A DNA stretch of 64,000 bases from a virus. The notes under the pieces are model-generated. The model did not search any database. It saw nothing but the letters and a program-made list of their open reading frames with translations, and was not told the origin of the DNA. Position 1 is the first letter of the stretch. Each line of letters begins with the position of its first letter. A program made the translations under genes and the position numbers. The stretch lies in IMG/VR virus record IMGVR_UViG_3300042691_015660; one strand, 5' to 3'. This document shows, piece after piece, positions 28,347 to 38,092 of the stretch.

Positions 28347-28789
28347 AGACTGTCGATAATGTCAGTTATAGTTTGGATCTTAGTTTGTATAATTTTATTA
28401 CGCAGACTAAGATCCAATGCTTTGTGTAAAGGTTTAGGTGGTGAGGTGATAGTAAACCACCCCCAAGAACTGTGCTCATTACTTAATAGAGGCACAAATT
28501 CTGTAGGTACTACACAAAAAAATGTATGAAAATTGAACATACTGTCATTACTGACAAAACGTTCTAAAGGAATAGTTTTTTTTATTTCTGGAAGGTATCC
28601 AAGTTCTTCTTCAATTTCTCGTTGAAGCCCTTGCCAAGCAGTTTCTCCAGATTGATTCGTACCACCAACTAACCCCCAATGACCCGAATGTTTGCCTGTA
28701 TTTTTTTGAAGTAATAAAAATCGACGTGTGTCTTTCGAGCAAATCAACGCACCAGAACAGTCTACTAATTCTATAGCTCTAGTCTCCAT
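28343..28789 (-). CDS. NUDIX hydrolase
   Basis: Nudix box GGTNQSGETAWQGLQREIEEELG (GX5EX7REUXEEXG). Confidence 0.85.
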   Translation of the reverse strand: METRAIELVDCSGALICSKDTRRFLLLQKNTGKHSGHWGLVGGTNQSGETAWQGLQREIEEELGYLPEIKKTIPLERFVSNDSMFNFHTFFCVVPTEFVPLLSNEHSSWGWFTITSPPKPLHKALDLSLRNKIIQTKIQTITDIIDSL

Positions 28790-30363
28790 TGTCCCTTCTT
28801 ATATTCGCCTTCAAATGATTTAACCCAGCTTACACCGTTCCATTTATACTGTGTTAGTGTATACATATTTGTCTGATAAAGCAACTGGTCTGAGCTTTCT
28901 TTTGCTGAAAATACTATATGCCATTTAGATCCATCCCACTCAATAATGTCATTAGCATCTGCTATAAAATCGCTGTTATCGGAATTTTTCCAAGCATCTG
29001 GACCGTCTTGATTTAAATTTAATTTGTAAGTTACTGTACTGCCAATCGGAATAGCTGTTGGGGTAACTAGATAGTATATACCGTTGTTATCTGTTCCGCT
29101 GGCTGAGGTAAAAGTACCGTCTACATAAAGTTCGTGACTGTTAACTAAATCAAATTCTATACCTGTGTTTATTCTTTTAGAGCTATTACTAGTTACAAAA
29201 GTATCTATGACACCTCCACCAATACTTTCTAAAATTAGATACCTAGTTCCTATATCAGGATCTAAGCCCGAGCCATTAGGACCATTTTTTGTTGGATCAA
29301 TTATAGCATCAAACGATCCCCAACTAGTCGACAATCTACTAGGACCTTCTATCATATCATTAGTTGGAAAAGTATCCTCGTCCCAGTTTGAAACCATTAT
29401 AGTTTCATCTAATGGATTTAAACTTAGATATCCTACTACCTCACTACCATCAAATTGTAGTAAGTAAAGTTTACTTAACCCTGCTTGATATTTTCCTGGA
29501 CTTTGATCTAGTATCACTCGCCAATTTAACCAAGGACCTGTAGTTCCTCTGTTGGTAATTTTAACATTGGCTTGTTCTACTAAAATATCGAAGTTTCCAA
29601 TAGTAACTTTATCTTGAGACATTACATCACTAAATGTAACCGACCCGGTACCTAAATCCATTCCGAGTCCTTCGATATACGAAAGGTCTCCAGAAATACC
29701 GCCAAACACACTAGATACTACCTTAGTAATTACTCCTAGTTTTTTTACTTTGATAGGAGGACTTAGATAGATAGGTGTTTTTAAATTTAATGTAGCAATA
29801 TCTATTGAAATATTTGTACCTTGTGGCACGGATCTACTACTAAAAGTAACATCTTCTAACTCTACTACCGTCAAACTAGCCCAATCGACATAATTATCTG
29901 TAGTCTGTATTTCTAGACTAGGATTAAAAAAGGTCAGTATTTGTTCTAAAATTTGTAACTTTTGATCTGTGCTAGTACTCCATATATCTACTTTAACTGT
30001 AAGTGTAAAAGGAGTAGGCATTGGTCGTTCAATTGTAAAACTTTGCCCTGGACTACTATTATATTGATTTGTGTCAGTGTCTATATCGCGTTCTCTAATA
30101 TTAATTTTTCCTACAAAAGAAGCATCTGACAATCTACTTCGATCTAAATCTAAATCAGAAATATATACAGCAATCCTTGGAGCACTAGATAACGTGTTTT
30201 CGCTGTTTTGATTTACAATATGAGCTGCCTGTCTATCAGCATCACCATACATTACAGGTACTCTCACAATAGTACCATCACTATACTTAACAGTAAAATT
30301 ACTTAATAATCTAATTATTTGTAGAAGATATCGTCTTACTTGTCCATCGTAAAAATGCAACAT
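28771..30363 (-). CDS. gp15: Tail sheath stabiliser / tail completion protein (T4 gp15-like) with C-terminal extension
   Basis: HFYDGQVRRY...FT....RVPVMYG...APRIAV...PTPFTL...QILEQILTFFNP matches T4 gp15 motifs. Confidence 0.75.
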   Translation of the reverse strand: MLHFYDGQVRRYLLQIIRLLSNFTVKYSDGTIVRVPVMYGDADRQAAHIVNQNSENTLSSAPRIAVYISDLDLDRSRLSDASFVGKINIRERDIDTDTNQYNSSPGQSFTIERPMPTPFTLTVKVDIWSTSTDQKLQILEQILTFFNPSLEIQTTDNYVDWASLTVVELEDVTFSSRSVPQGTNISIDIATLNLKTPIYLSPPIKVKKLGVITKVVSSVFGGISGDLSYIEGLGMDLGTGSVTFSDVMSQDKVTIGNFDILVEQANVKITNRGTTGPWLNWRVILDQSPGKYQAGLSKLYLLQFDGSEVVGYLSLNPLDETIMVSNWDEDTFPTNDMIEGPSRLSTSWGSFDAIIDPTKNGPNGSGLDPDIGTRYLILESIGGGVIDTFVTSNSSKRINTGIEFDLVNSHELYVDGTFTSASGTDNNGIYYLVTPTAIPIGSTVTYKLNLNQDGPDAWKNSDNSDFIADANDIIEWDGSKWHIVFSAKESSDQLLYQTNMYTLTQYKWNGVSWVKSFEGEYKKGQWRLEL

Positions 30364-31658
30364 TATAAATCTGCCTTAGGTCTAAGTGCTTTAGATAAGC
30401 TTTGGCGCTCTGGAACAGTTTCGCCATCAATAGTTATTGTGTTTGTATTATTAACAAATTCAGTTTTAGCAGACTTTCTAGTATCAATATTGGTCATAGT
30501 CATTCTTACATTATCTTCTCGTTTAACCCATCTTGCCCCGTTAAATCTGAATAGTCTATTAGGCATAAAATCAGTTCTTAAAAAATAATCTCCTTCTCTA
30601 GTAGTAGTAGGAAATTGTGTACCGTGACCAAAATCTACGCCATTTTCAGGCAATCCGTCGCCTAACAAGTACCCGTTGTATCCTGAACGAATAGGTCGCT
30701 CGTGTATTCTACTAGAATCCAAAACCGTTGAACTAGCGTCCTCGTCAGTGATATCTGCTGTAGTAAGAGAAGGTTTGCCATCTTCATCTGTAGCCAATGT
30801 ATAATACGATCTAGTATCGTAACCGCTCTTAGGAGCATCTGCTTCTGCTTGAGCAATAATAGCATCGTTAATTTCTATATTTTTATTAAATGTACTTAAT
30901 AATTCTTGTAAAGTATTTCCGCTATAGACACTAAAATAACTAACATTAGTAGGATCGTTTCCTGTTGTTGAATTTGTTACAGTATAAAGAACTCCTTGAT
31001 ACCTTACTATTTCCCCAGCGTTATATGTCCTATCAGGATCATAATCTCCAGCATAGTTTGCGTCTTGATCTGTAGGACGTTTAAGTATATCTGCATACTG
31101 TTGCGTGTCAGAAATTTTCTTTAATTTTAATCTATAAAGGTGTGGCCACCAGGTCATACTAAACCCTTCAGCTGCTCGATTTACATCCTCGACGACAAAA
31201 AATCTAGGCATTGCTTTATCGTAATTGTTTAAAGCAAATTGATCTTTTAAATGAGGAAGTTCTAAAACATCTCCTGCTATGGGTTTTCTTCCTGTAATAG
31301 TTACAAAATCGTTTATATGAACAGTCATATAAACCATGTCGTTATCTAAAAACAATCCAAATTGACTCAGGTTAAAATCTAAATCTTGTACTTGATAATG
31401 CCCACGTATTCTGTAAATGTCTTCGCTATACTTTCTGTCACGATTTTCTAAAAATAGAAGATCCTGTATATTTGTTTCTTTTATAACATCGTAGTGCGGC
31501 TGATCTGCTGTAGCCTGATCTACAGGAGTATTTTGCGGCCCTAGATATTTGTGTAAGTACACATCCGTACCGCCAACAGTAAACATTTCTCTTATTTGGC
31601 GGTCTATAAACTTATAATCGTGCCCTTTTTCAGGGCGGAATAGTGATATACGTGGCAT
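30363..31658 (-). CDS. gp14: Neck protein (T4 gp14-like)
   Basis: E.F..GG.DVY...LSQFGL....D.V.MTV....F......KP.AGDVLELPH matches gp14. Adjacent to gp13 and gp15 homologues. Confidence 0.7.
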   Translation of the reverse strand: MPRISLFRPEKGHDYKFIDRQIREMFTVGGTDVYLHKYLGPQNTPVDQATADQPHYDVIKETNIQDLLFLENRDRKYSEDIYRIRGHYQVQDLDFNLSQFGLFLDNDMVYMTVHINDFVTITGRKPIAGDVLELPHLKDQFALNNYDKAMPRFFVVEDVNRAAEGFSMTWWPHLYRLKLKKISDTQQYADILKRPTDQDANYAGDYDPDRTYNAGEIVRYQGVLYTVTNSTTGNDPTNVSYFSVYSGNTLQELLSTFNKNIEINDAIIAQAEADAPKSGYDTRSYYTLATDEDGKPSLTTADITDEDASSTVLDSSRIHERPIRSGYNGYLLGDGLPENGVDFGHGTQFPTTTREGDYFLRTDFMPNRLFRFNGARWVKREDNVRMTMTNIDTRKSAKTEFVNNTNTITIDGETVPERQSLSKALRPKADL

Positions 31659-31665
31659 AGTACAA

Positions 31666-31681
31666 TATTTAGCGATAAATA
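31666..31681. promoter_or_regulatory. Back-to-back late promoters (GCTAAATA minus, GATAAATA plus)
   Basis: Both motifs lie in the 38-bp gap between divergent gp14 and gp13. Confidence 0.6.
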
Positions 31682-31696
31682 CTACGGGAGATACGA

Positions 31697-32476
31697 ATGC
31701 CAGCTAATGAAATAGGAAGCACTAATCCACAAGAAGTAAAACAAAAAGTATACGATTACTGTCGTGTTATGTTAGGCGATGGTATGATAGACGTGGAATT
31801 AGACCCAATACACTACGAAACTGCTTTAGAAAAAGCTTTAACTAAATTTAGGCAACGTAGTCCTAATAGTGTAGAAGAAAGTTATGTATTTTTAACTCTA
31901 GAAAAAGACAAAAATGATTACGTCTTGCCCCAGGAAATTGTAAATGTTCAAAGTGTTTTTAGAAGAACTCTAGGATCTAGAACAGGGGGAGGTACAGGTA
32001 CAAATTTTGAGCCTTTTAATCTAGCATACACTAATACATATCTACTTAACAGTACAATGTTAGGTGGAATAAGCACTTATTTTTTGTTTGCAGGGTATCA
32101 GGAAATGGTTGGTAAAATTTTTGGTAGTTATATAGAATTTCAGTGGATTCCTACTAGTAAAGTTTTAAGGATACTACAACGTCCTTTTACCGAAGGTGAA
32201 GTTATCATGATGAGATGTCAAAATTATCGTCCTGATTACACAATTATTGAAGACTATCTAGCTAAACAATGGATAAAAGATTATACTCTAGCTACATGTA
32301 AATTAATGCTAGGAGAAGCACGTAGCAAGTTTGGCGCTATTGCCGGTCCAGGCGGGTCCGGTCAACTTAATGGCGGAGATTTAAAATCTGCTGGTAAGGA
32401 AGAAATTGAAAAACTCGAAAAAGAGTTAGAAACATTAGTCGCAGGCGGCACCGGCTATACATTTATTATTGGCTAA
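31697..32476 (+). CDS. gp13: Neck protein (T4 gp13-like)
   Basis: DYCRVMLGDGMIDVELDP...ALEKAL...WIKDYTLA..K..LGE..SKF.....PGG...LNG...K..G.EEIEKLE matches the gp13 pattern. Confidence 0.8.
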   Translation: MPANEIGSTNPQEVKQKVYDYCRVMLGDGMIDVELDPIHYETALEKALTKFRQRSPNSVEESYVFLTLEKDKNDYVLPQEIVNVQSVFRRTLGSRTGGGTGTNFEPFNLAYTNTYLLNSTMLGGISTYFLFAGYQEMVGKIFGSYIEFQWIPTSKVLRILQRPFTEGEVIMMRCQNYRPDYTIIEDYLAKQWIKDYTLATCKLMLGEARSKFGAIAGPGGSGQLNGGDLKSAGKEEIEKLEKELETLVAGGTGYTFIIG

Positions 32477-32477
32477 T

Positions 32478-32834
32478 ATGAAAGTTTACGAAATTATAAG
32501 CGAAGCAAAAGAGAAGAAAATATCCAAAGCTATGAGAGCCAGTGCGCCACACGCCAAGCAATATGATACTATCGATCAATACTATGGCATGTATAGATTT
32601 GGAATAGCAATGGCAGGGTCTCCTGACAAAAAGACACCTACCGAAGGTCCAGCTAAAGACGTACCTGCTGTTTGGATGTACAGTAAAGGCGACGAAGAAA
32701 TTGTCAACAAAGCCGAATCTAATCAAGGAATTTCGGGCAAAACTATAGTTAAACGTGGACCAAGTGAAGAGTTAAAGTCAGTTAACAAAGTCAGTCCTGT
32801 CCCGTCGCGTAAGACAAACAAATATGGTGTCTAA
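32478..32834 (+). CDS. Hypothetical basic protein, possible internal head protein
   Basis: Probable start ATG 32478 (MKVYEIISE), an N-terminus resembling a capsid-targeting/cleavage signal. Confidence 0.5.
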   Translation: MKVYEIISEAKEKKISKAMRASAPHAKQYDTIDQYYGMYRFGIAMAGSPDKKTPTEGPAKDVPAVWMYSKGDEEIVNKAESNQGISGKTIVKRGPSEELKSVNKVSPVPSRKTNKYGV

Positions 32835-32839
32835 TTTAG

Positions 32840-32868
32840 TTGACACTTTAGACAAAATAATATAAATT
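32840..32868 (+). promoter_or_regulatory. Sigma70-like promoter TTGACA-17-TAAATT
   Basis: Perfect -35, weak -10, followed by GGAGGT RBS and the dNMP kinase gene. Confidence 0.45.
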
Positions 32869-32886
32869 ATAGCACTAGGAGGTGCT

Positions 32887-33567
32887 ATGATAGTAGGATT
32901 TATAGGTTTCATTGGATCGGGCAAAGATACTGCCGCAGATTATCTCGTTAATTTCCACGGTTTTAGAAGAGACAGTTTTGCTGCTACATTGAAAGATGCT
33001 GTAGCTAATGTATTCGGCTGGGACAGAACACTGTTAGAAGGGCGTACTAAAGAAAGTAGAGAATGGCGAGAACAGCCTGATGAATGGTGGTCAGAACGTT
33101 TAGGCAAGCCAATTACTCCTCGATATATTTTACAGTACTGGGGAACAGAAGTTTGTCGTAATGGATTTCATAATGATATATGGATTGCTAGTTTAGAAAA
33201 CAAGATTCGAAAAACTCACGATAATGTTGTTATCACCGATGTTAGATTTCCTAACGAAATTAAATCAATTAAAAGTGCTGGCGGAAAAGTATTCAGAATT
33301 AAACGAGGCGCTGATCCAGACTGGTATGACGATGCGTTAGCACATAATCAAGGCCCTACTAATATGCGGTGGGCATTGAGTAAAATGCACTTAAACGAAG
33401 CTAAAATACATGCCAGCGAATACAGCTGGGTAGGCAATAAACACATTGATGCCGAAATAGACAATAACGGAACTATAGACGATTTATACAATCAACTTAG
33501 AAATCAGGTTGAAGATCGCCTTGACGCCATAGAACGCCCTCTTTATGTAGGACTCTCTGACAGTTAG
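32887..33567 (+). CDS. Deoxynucleoside monophosphate kinase (T4 gp1-like)
   Basis: P-loop GFIGSGKDT, SFAATLKD, TPRYILQYWGTE, VVITDVRFPNE, HASE. Confidence 0.88.
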   Translation: MIVGFIGFIGSGKDTAADYLVNFHGFRRDSFAATLKDAVANVFGWDRTLLEGRTKESREWREQPDEWWSERLGKPITPRYILQYWGTEVCRNGFHNDIWIASLENKIRKTHDNVVITDVRFPNEIKSIKSAGGKVFRIKRGADPDWYDDALAHNQGPTNMRWALSKMHLNEAKIHASEYSWVGNKHIDAEIDNNGTIDDLYNQLRNQVEDRLDAIERPLYVGLSDS

Positions 33568-33838
33568 CACACACTGTTTTAAGATTTACTGGACGGCTGT
33601 TAGTTAAATTGCCGTCCACATGAAAAACATTAAACTGTTCTTTGTGTTTACTCTTATATCCACATTTGTCACAAATTAATTTTTGCCTGTAGCCGTCCTT
33701 GTACCACTTAGGTACTCCGTGAGCAGTTCCACCATGTTTAAGACATATCTCACACTTTTTGCGATAATAGGTCTTTCCATTCTTAACATAGTTAACAGCA
33801 GCAGGTCTTAAATTACAAATACACAAAGGTCTAGTCAT
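33497..33838 (-). CDS. Zn-finger/HNH-like protein
   Basis: Probable start MTRPLC at 33838. CxC, CxxC, CDKCG...FHVDGNLTN...NLKTVCANCQ. TATAAATA at 33851-33844. Confidence 0.65.
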   Translation of the reverse strand: MTRPLCICNLRPAAVNYVKNGKTYYRKKCEICLKHGGTAHGVPKWYKDGYRQKLICDKCGYKSKHKEQFNVFHVDGNLTNSRPVNLKTVCANCQRVLHKEGVLWRQGDLQPDF

Positions 33839-33908
33839 AAAAATATTTATACTGGACCTTTTTGTCCCCTTTTCTTTAAGGCATAAGTAGCCAATTTTGC
33901 GTTTTTCC

Positions 33909-33916
33909 AATAAATA
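33909..33916 (+). promoter_or_regulatory. T4-type late promoter (AATAAATA)
   Basis: Upstream of the AGGAG RBS of the sheath gene. Confidence 0.55.
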
Positions 33917-33946
33917 ATAGTAGAACACCAAATTAGGAGATGCAAG

Positions 33947-36900
33947 ATGGCATTAAGTTCACCAGGCGTAGAAGTCAAAGTTATTGACGAATCTTTTTAC
34001 ACTCCAGCTGAACCTGGAACAACACCATTAATTATTGTTGCTTCAGCGGAGAACAAATCTAACGCGGCAGGCACTGGAATCGCTCCAGGCACAACTAAAG
34101 CTAATGCCGGAAAAGTTTACTTACTAACTAGCCAGAGAGATTTAGCAGATACTTTTGGAGATCCGATCTTCAAAACTGATGCTGGTAATAATCCTATCCA
34201 TGCTGGCGAACAGAACGAATATGGATTACAAGCAGCATATAGTTTGTTAGGAGTCAGTAATCGTGCTTTTGTAGTACGTGCCGATATTGATTTATCACAA
34301 TTAGATGCTAATACAGATCCTCCAATCGCTTTACCTTCTAACGGCACACATTGGATGGATACCAGTACTACATTGTTTGGTATTTTTGAATGGAACGGTG
34401 CTCCAATTAGCACCACAGGCGGTCAAAAATTTGCCAATAAAGTTCCCTTAGTAATCACTGATTCAACTAAAGTTGATCTTTCTACAGAAGGTCCTTTGGG
34501 TAGTATTGGTGCTATTGGCGACTATGCCGTTGTGATGACAGATGTAGATTCAGATACACCTGCTTTGACAACCAGTCATCCAGGCACATTATGGTATAAA
34601 AGTAAAGGGAACCCTAACTCAGGTGTTCCAGCAGGCACATGGGTCAATGTAGGCAGTGAAGATTGGCACAAATCTATCGCTGTGGTAGCAGGAACAGTAT
34701 CTAATCCAGCATTCACAGCAGGCGACAATTTTTATATTAACGGTGTATTAATTACTGCCAGCGGAACTACTGTTAGCAGTTTAGCCACAGATATTAATAA
34801 TGCGTTTGGAGTAGGGGCTGGTCCTATCTATGCTCAAGCATATAATAATAAATTAGAAATTTATACTAATGGCATGGCATCAAGTGGGGGCGACAGTACA
34901 CAATCTAATGCTGTTATTATTGCTGCTGGTACTCAAGGAGTTTTAGTTGCTGCTAGTGTTGCATCAAGTTCCTTAGGTATCAAAACAGGCACATATTATG
35001 GTGCTAAAATGCAGATTAGTAAACACACTGAAGTTCCTCAGTGGAAAAGTAATACTACAGGACCTCGTCCAACTGGATCTATCTGGGTTAAAACTACAGA
35101 GCCTAATTTAGGAGCACGATGGAGAGTTAAACGTTGGAATGCATCTACTGAAGCATGGGTAGCTGTAGAATCACCGATCTATTTAAATGGGCATGAAGCA
35201 CTCTTTAATTTAGATAAAGCTGGAGGCGGTACAAATCTTTCAACTGGTGCGTTATACGTTCAAGCAAATTATACCGAAGATAGTGGCACTGATGCTACAC
35301 CTATGTTAGGTAATTTTAAAATTTTTAGAAGAGCAGCAGCCGGAGAATGTTCAATCGTAAGTGCAAAAATCACAGCTTCTACATTTACTAATGCTACTAG
35401 TTATACTTTTAGAATTGCTGAAAGTTTAGTAGGAACTAGTGTATTAGGCGACTACGATGAAGATGGCACATATAGCTTCAAGACAGTAAGCTTCCAAGGT
35501 GCTGGCGCAGCAGATGATAATGCTACACGAGTAGCAACTGCTGTTAATGCTGCTGGATTCAGAAATATTGTAGCAAGTGTTGATAGCCAAAATCGTTTAG
35601 TAATTTCTCATACAAGGGGCGGCGATTTCAGACTAACAGAAGGAACAAATACTCCGTTAGTTGACATGGGATTCACAGCTTATGATTTCGAACCTAGTAA
35701 TAATACATTCGGTACAGGTACCGCTAATCTATCAGATGCTCCTGCTGGGGATCCGCTACATGATTTTGTAGCCAGTTTATGGCATCCTTTAGTTTATGTT
35801 TCTAACGGTGATGCTCCAGGCAGTTTGACAGATGACGGACGTTTGTGGTACAGTAGTGTAATTGACGAGATTGATATTATGATTCACGATGGCAGTGATT
35901 GGGTCGGTTATCGATCAGCTACTGCTCCGTACTTTGCTAACGGCACCGATCCAAATGGTCCAATTGTAGGCGCCACTGTTCCTGAAACACAAAGTGATGG
36001 CACAGCATTAGTAACTGGAGATTTATGGATCAGTACTGATGACATCGAAAACTTCCCTCAAATCTACAGATTTAATAATGAATTAACTGCTCCAATTACA
36101 AAACGTTGGGAATTGTTAGATAAAACAGACCAAAGTACAGAAGATGGTGTTTTATTCGCAGATGCTCGTTATAACACAGCTGGAGCGAATAGTGATGAAG
36201 CAGGCACTATTGTAGATTTATTATCTAGTGACTATGTAGATCCAGACTGCCCAGACCCTGCTTTATACCCAAGAGGTATGTTGCTATGGAATCTACGTCG
36301 TAGTGGTTTCAATGTAAAACGTTTTGTTAGAAATTACGTCGACATCGCTGCTGATAATCCAAGATCTGGTGAAGCAATGGAAGCATACTATCCACATCGT
36401 TGGGTTACATCTAGCCCAAATCAAGGAGACGGATCTGGCAGCTTTGGTCGTAAAGCACAACGGTCTATTGTAGTTAAAGAACTACAAGCCACAGCTAATG
36501 CTAACCAAGATATTAGAGACGATGAAAGTAGAATCTTTAATCTAATTGCTTGTCCAGGTTATCCAGAGTTAATTGGGGAAATGATTAGCTTAAATTATGA
36601 TAGAGGCTTAACAGCACTAGTTATTGGAGATAGTCCGGCTAGATTAACTCCTGATGCTACATCGTTACTAGCATGGGGTTCAAATCAAAGACTAGCTTTC
36701 GAAGATAACGACTTAGGAGCTGTGAGTTTTGACGAGTACATGGCAATGTTCTATCCATGGGGCTTCACTAGCGACAATTTTGGTAACAATGTAGTTGTTC
36801 CTCCAAGTCATATGATTTTACGCACGATTGCGTTAAATGATCAGGTTGCTTATCCTTGGTTTGCTCCAGCAGGTATTCGTAGGGGCGGTATTACTAATGC

Positions 36901-37393
36901 TACTGCGGTAGGCTATGTTGATAGTCAAGAAGGCGAATTTAGATCAGTCGCTCTAAACGTAGGACAACGTGATACACTATACGAACAAAAAATTAATCCA
37001 ATTACTTTCTTAACAGGAACAGGATTAGTTAATTATGGACAGAAAACTCGTGCTAAAGGCGCTAGTGCTCTTGATCGTATCAATGTAGCTCGTTTAGTAA
37101 TCTATCTACGCAGTCAATTAAACAAATTAGCTAAACCATATATCTTTGAACCTAATGATAAACTTACACGCGATGAAATTAAACTAGCAGCAGATAGTTT
37201 ATTGTTAGAATTAGTAGGTCAAAGAGCGTTATATGATTTTGTAGTTGTCTGCGATGAAAGCAACAACACTCCAAGTAGAATTGATCGTAACGAGTTGTAT
37301 CTTGACATCGCAATTGAGCCAGTTAAAGCAGTTGAATTTATCTATATTCCATTACGCTTAAAGAACACTGGCGAAATAGCAGCGTTAGGTTAA
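33947..37393 (+). CDS. gp18: Contractile tail sheath protein
   Basis: LSSPGVEVKVIDES N-terminus. C-terminal YPWFAPAG.RRG, RDTLYEQKINPI, GQKT...SALDRINVARL, FEPND..TR, VCDESNNTP..IDRNEL, EFIYI. Confidence 0.93.
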   Translation: MALSSPGVEVKVIDESFYTPAEPGTTPLIIVASAENKSNAAGTGIAPGTTKANAGKVYLLTSQRDLADTFGDPIFKTDAGNNPIHAGEQNEYGLQAAYSLLGVSNRAFVVRADIDLSQLDANTDPPIALPSNGTHWMDTSTTLFGIFEWNGAPISTTGGQKFANKVPLVITDSTKVDLSTEGPLGSIGAIGDYAVVMTDVDSDTPALTTSHPGTLWYKSKGNPNSGVPAGTWVNVGSEDWHKSIAVVAGTVSNPAFTAGDNFYINGVLITASGTTVSSLATDINNAFGVGAGPIYAQAYNNKLEIYTNGMASSGGDSTQSNAVIIAAGTQGVLVAASVASSSLGIKTGTYYGAKMQISKHTEVPQWKSNTTGPRPTGSIWVKTTEPNLGARWRVKRWNASTEAWVAVESPIYLNGHEALFNLDKAGGGTNLSTGALYVQANYTEDSGTDATPMLGNFKIFRRAAAGECSIVSAKITASTFTNATSYTFRIAESLVGTSVLGDYDEDGTYSFKTVSFQGAGAADDNATRVATAVNAAGFRNIVASVDSQNRLVISHTRGGDFRLTEGTNTPLVDMGFTAYDFEPSNNTFGTGTANLSDAPAGDPLHDFVASLWHPLVYVSNGDAPGSLTDDGRLWYSSVIDEIDIMIHDGSDWVGYRSATAPYFANGTDPNGPIVGATVPETQSDGTALVTGDLWISTDDIENFPQIYRFNNELTAPITKRWELLDKTDQSTEDGVLFADARYNTAGANSDEAGTIVDLLSSDYVDPDCPDPALYPRGMLLWNLRRSGFNVKRFVRNYVDIAADNPRSGEAMEAYYPHRWVTSSPNQGDGSGSFGRKAQRSIVVKELQATANANQDIRDDESRIFNLIACPGYPELIGEMISLNYDRGLTALVIGDSPARLTPDATSLLAWGSNQRLAFEDNDLGAVSFDEYMAMFYPWGFTSDNFGNNVVVPPSHMILRTIALNDQVAYPWFAPAGIRRGGITNATAVGYVDSQEGEFRSVALNVGQRDTLYEQKINPITFLTGTGLVNYGQKTRAKGASALDRINVARLVIYLRSQLNKLAKPYIFEPNDKLTRDEIKLAADSLLLELVGQRALYDFVVVCDESNNTPSRIDRNELYLDIAIEPVKAVEFIYIPLRLKNTGEIAALG

Positions 37394-37408
37394 TAAAGGA
37401 AAAATAAA

Positions 37409-38014
37409 ATGGCAATTACATCATTAAACAGATTTACAGTGCCGCTATCCGGCGGAGAAACACAAGGCACATTGATGCCAAAACTAAAATATCGTTATAG
37501 AATATTTTTCGAAGGTTTTGGCGCCACTGGGTCTAACTCGGAATTAACCAAGCAGGTCCAAACTGCTTCTAGACCTAACGTTAGTTTTGCTCCGCAAACT
37601 ATTGATGTTTACAACAGTAAAATTAACTATGCGGGTAAACACACATGGGCTCCTATTGCGGTTACATTGCGTGATGACGTAACAGGTGAAGTTAGTAGAC
37701 GTATTGGCGAACAGTTACAGAAACAATTTGACTTCTTAGAGCAAAGTTCTGCTGCTAGTTCTAGTGATTACAAATTCACAATGAGCATTGAAATGTTAGA
37801 TGGCGGTAACGGAACTGCTGTTAGACGTTTAGAGCGTTGGGAATGTTATGGATGCTTTATTGTAAGTGCTAACTATCAGTCACTAAGTTATTCTGAAGCA
37901 ACACCACAAACAATCGACTTAAGTATTCAAGCTGACAACTGTATACTAGTACCAGCAGGAGACGGAAGTCCAATCTTTGCTGTAGCAGGACGAGCGTTAG
38001 GTACATTGGCTTAA
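37409..38014 (+). CDS. gp19: Tail tube protein
   Basis: Immediately after the sheath gene. PKLKYRYRI, INYAGKHTW..I.VTLRDD, W...GCFI..ANY..LSY. Confidence 0.85.
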   Translation: MAITSLNRFTVPLSGGETQGTLMPKLKYRYRIFFEGFGATGSNSELTKQVQTASRPNVSFAPQTIDVYNSKINYAGKHTWAPIAVTLRDDVTGEVSRRIGEQLQKQFDFLEQSSAASSSDYKFTMSIEMLDGGNGTAVRRLERWECYGCFIVSANYQSLSYSEATPQTIDLSIQADNCILVPAGDGSPIFAVAGRALGTLA

Positions 38015-38015
38015 T

Positions 38016-38044
38016 AAAAAAAGCAGCGGAAACGCTGCTTTTTT
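38016..38044 (+). terminator. Rho-independent terminator (possibly bidirectional)
   Basis: AAAAAAAGCAGCG-GAAA-CGCTGCTTTTTT. Confidence 0.85.
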
Positions 38045-38092
38045 ATAGGTTTTTATTAACTACGCAGTTAATACTATTAGATAAATATTTTT

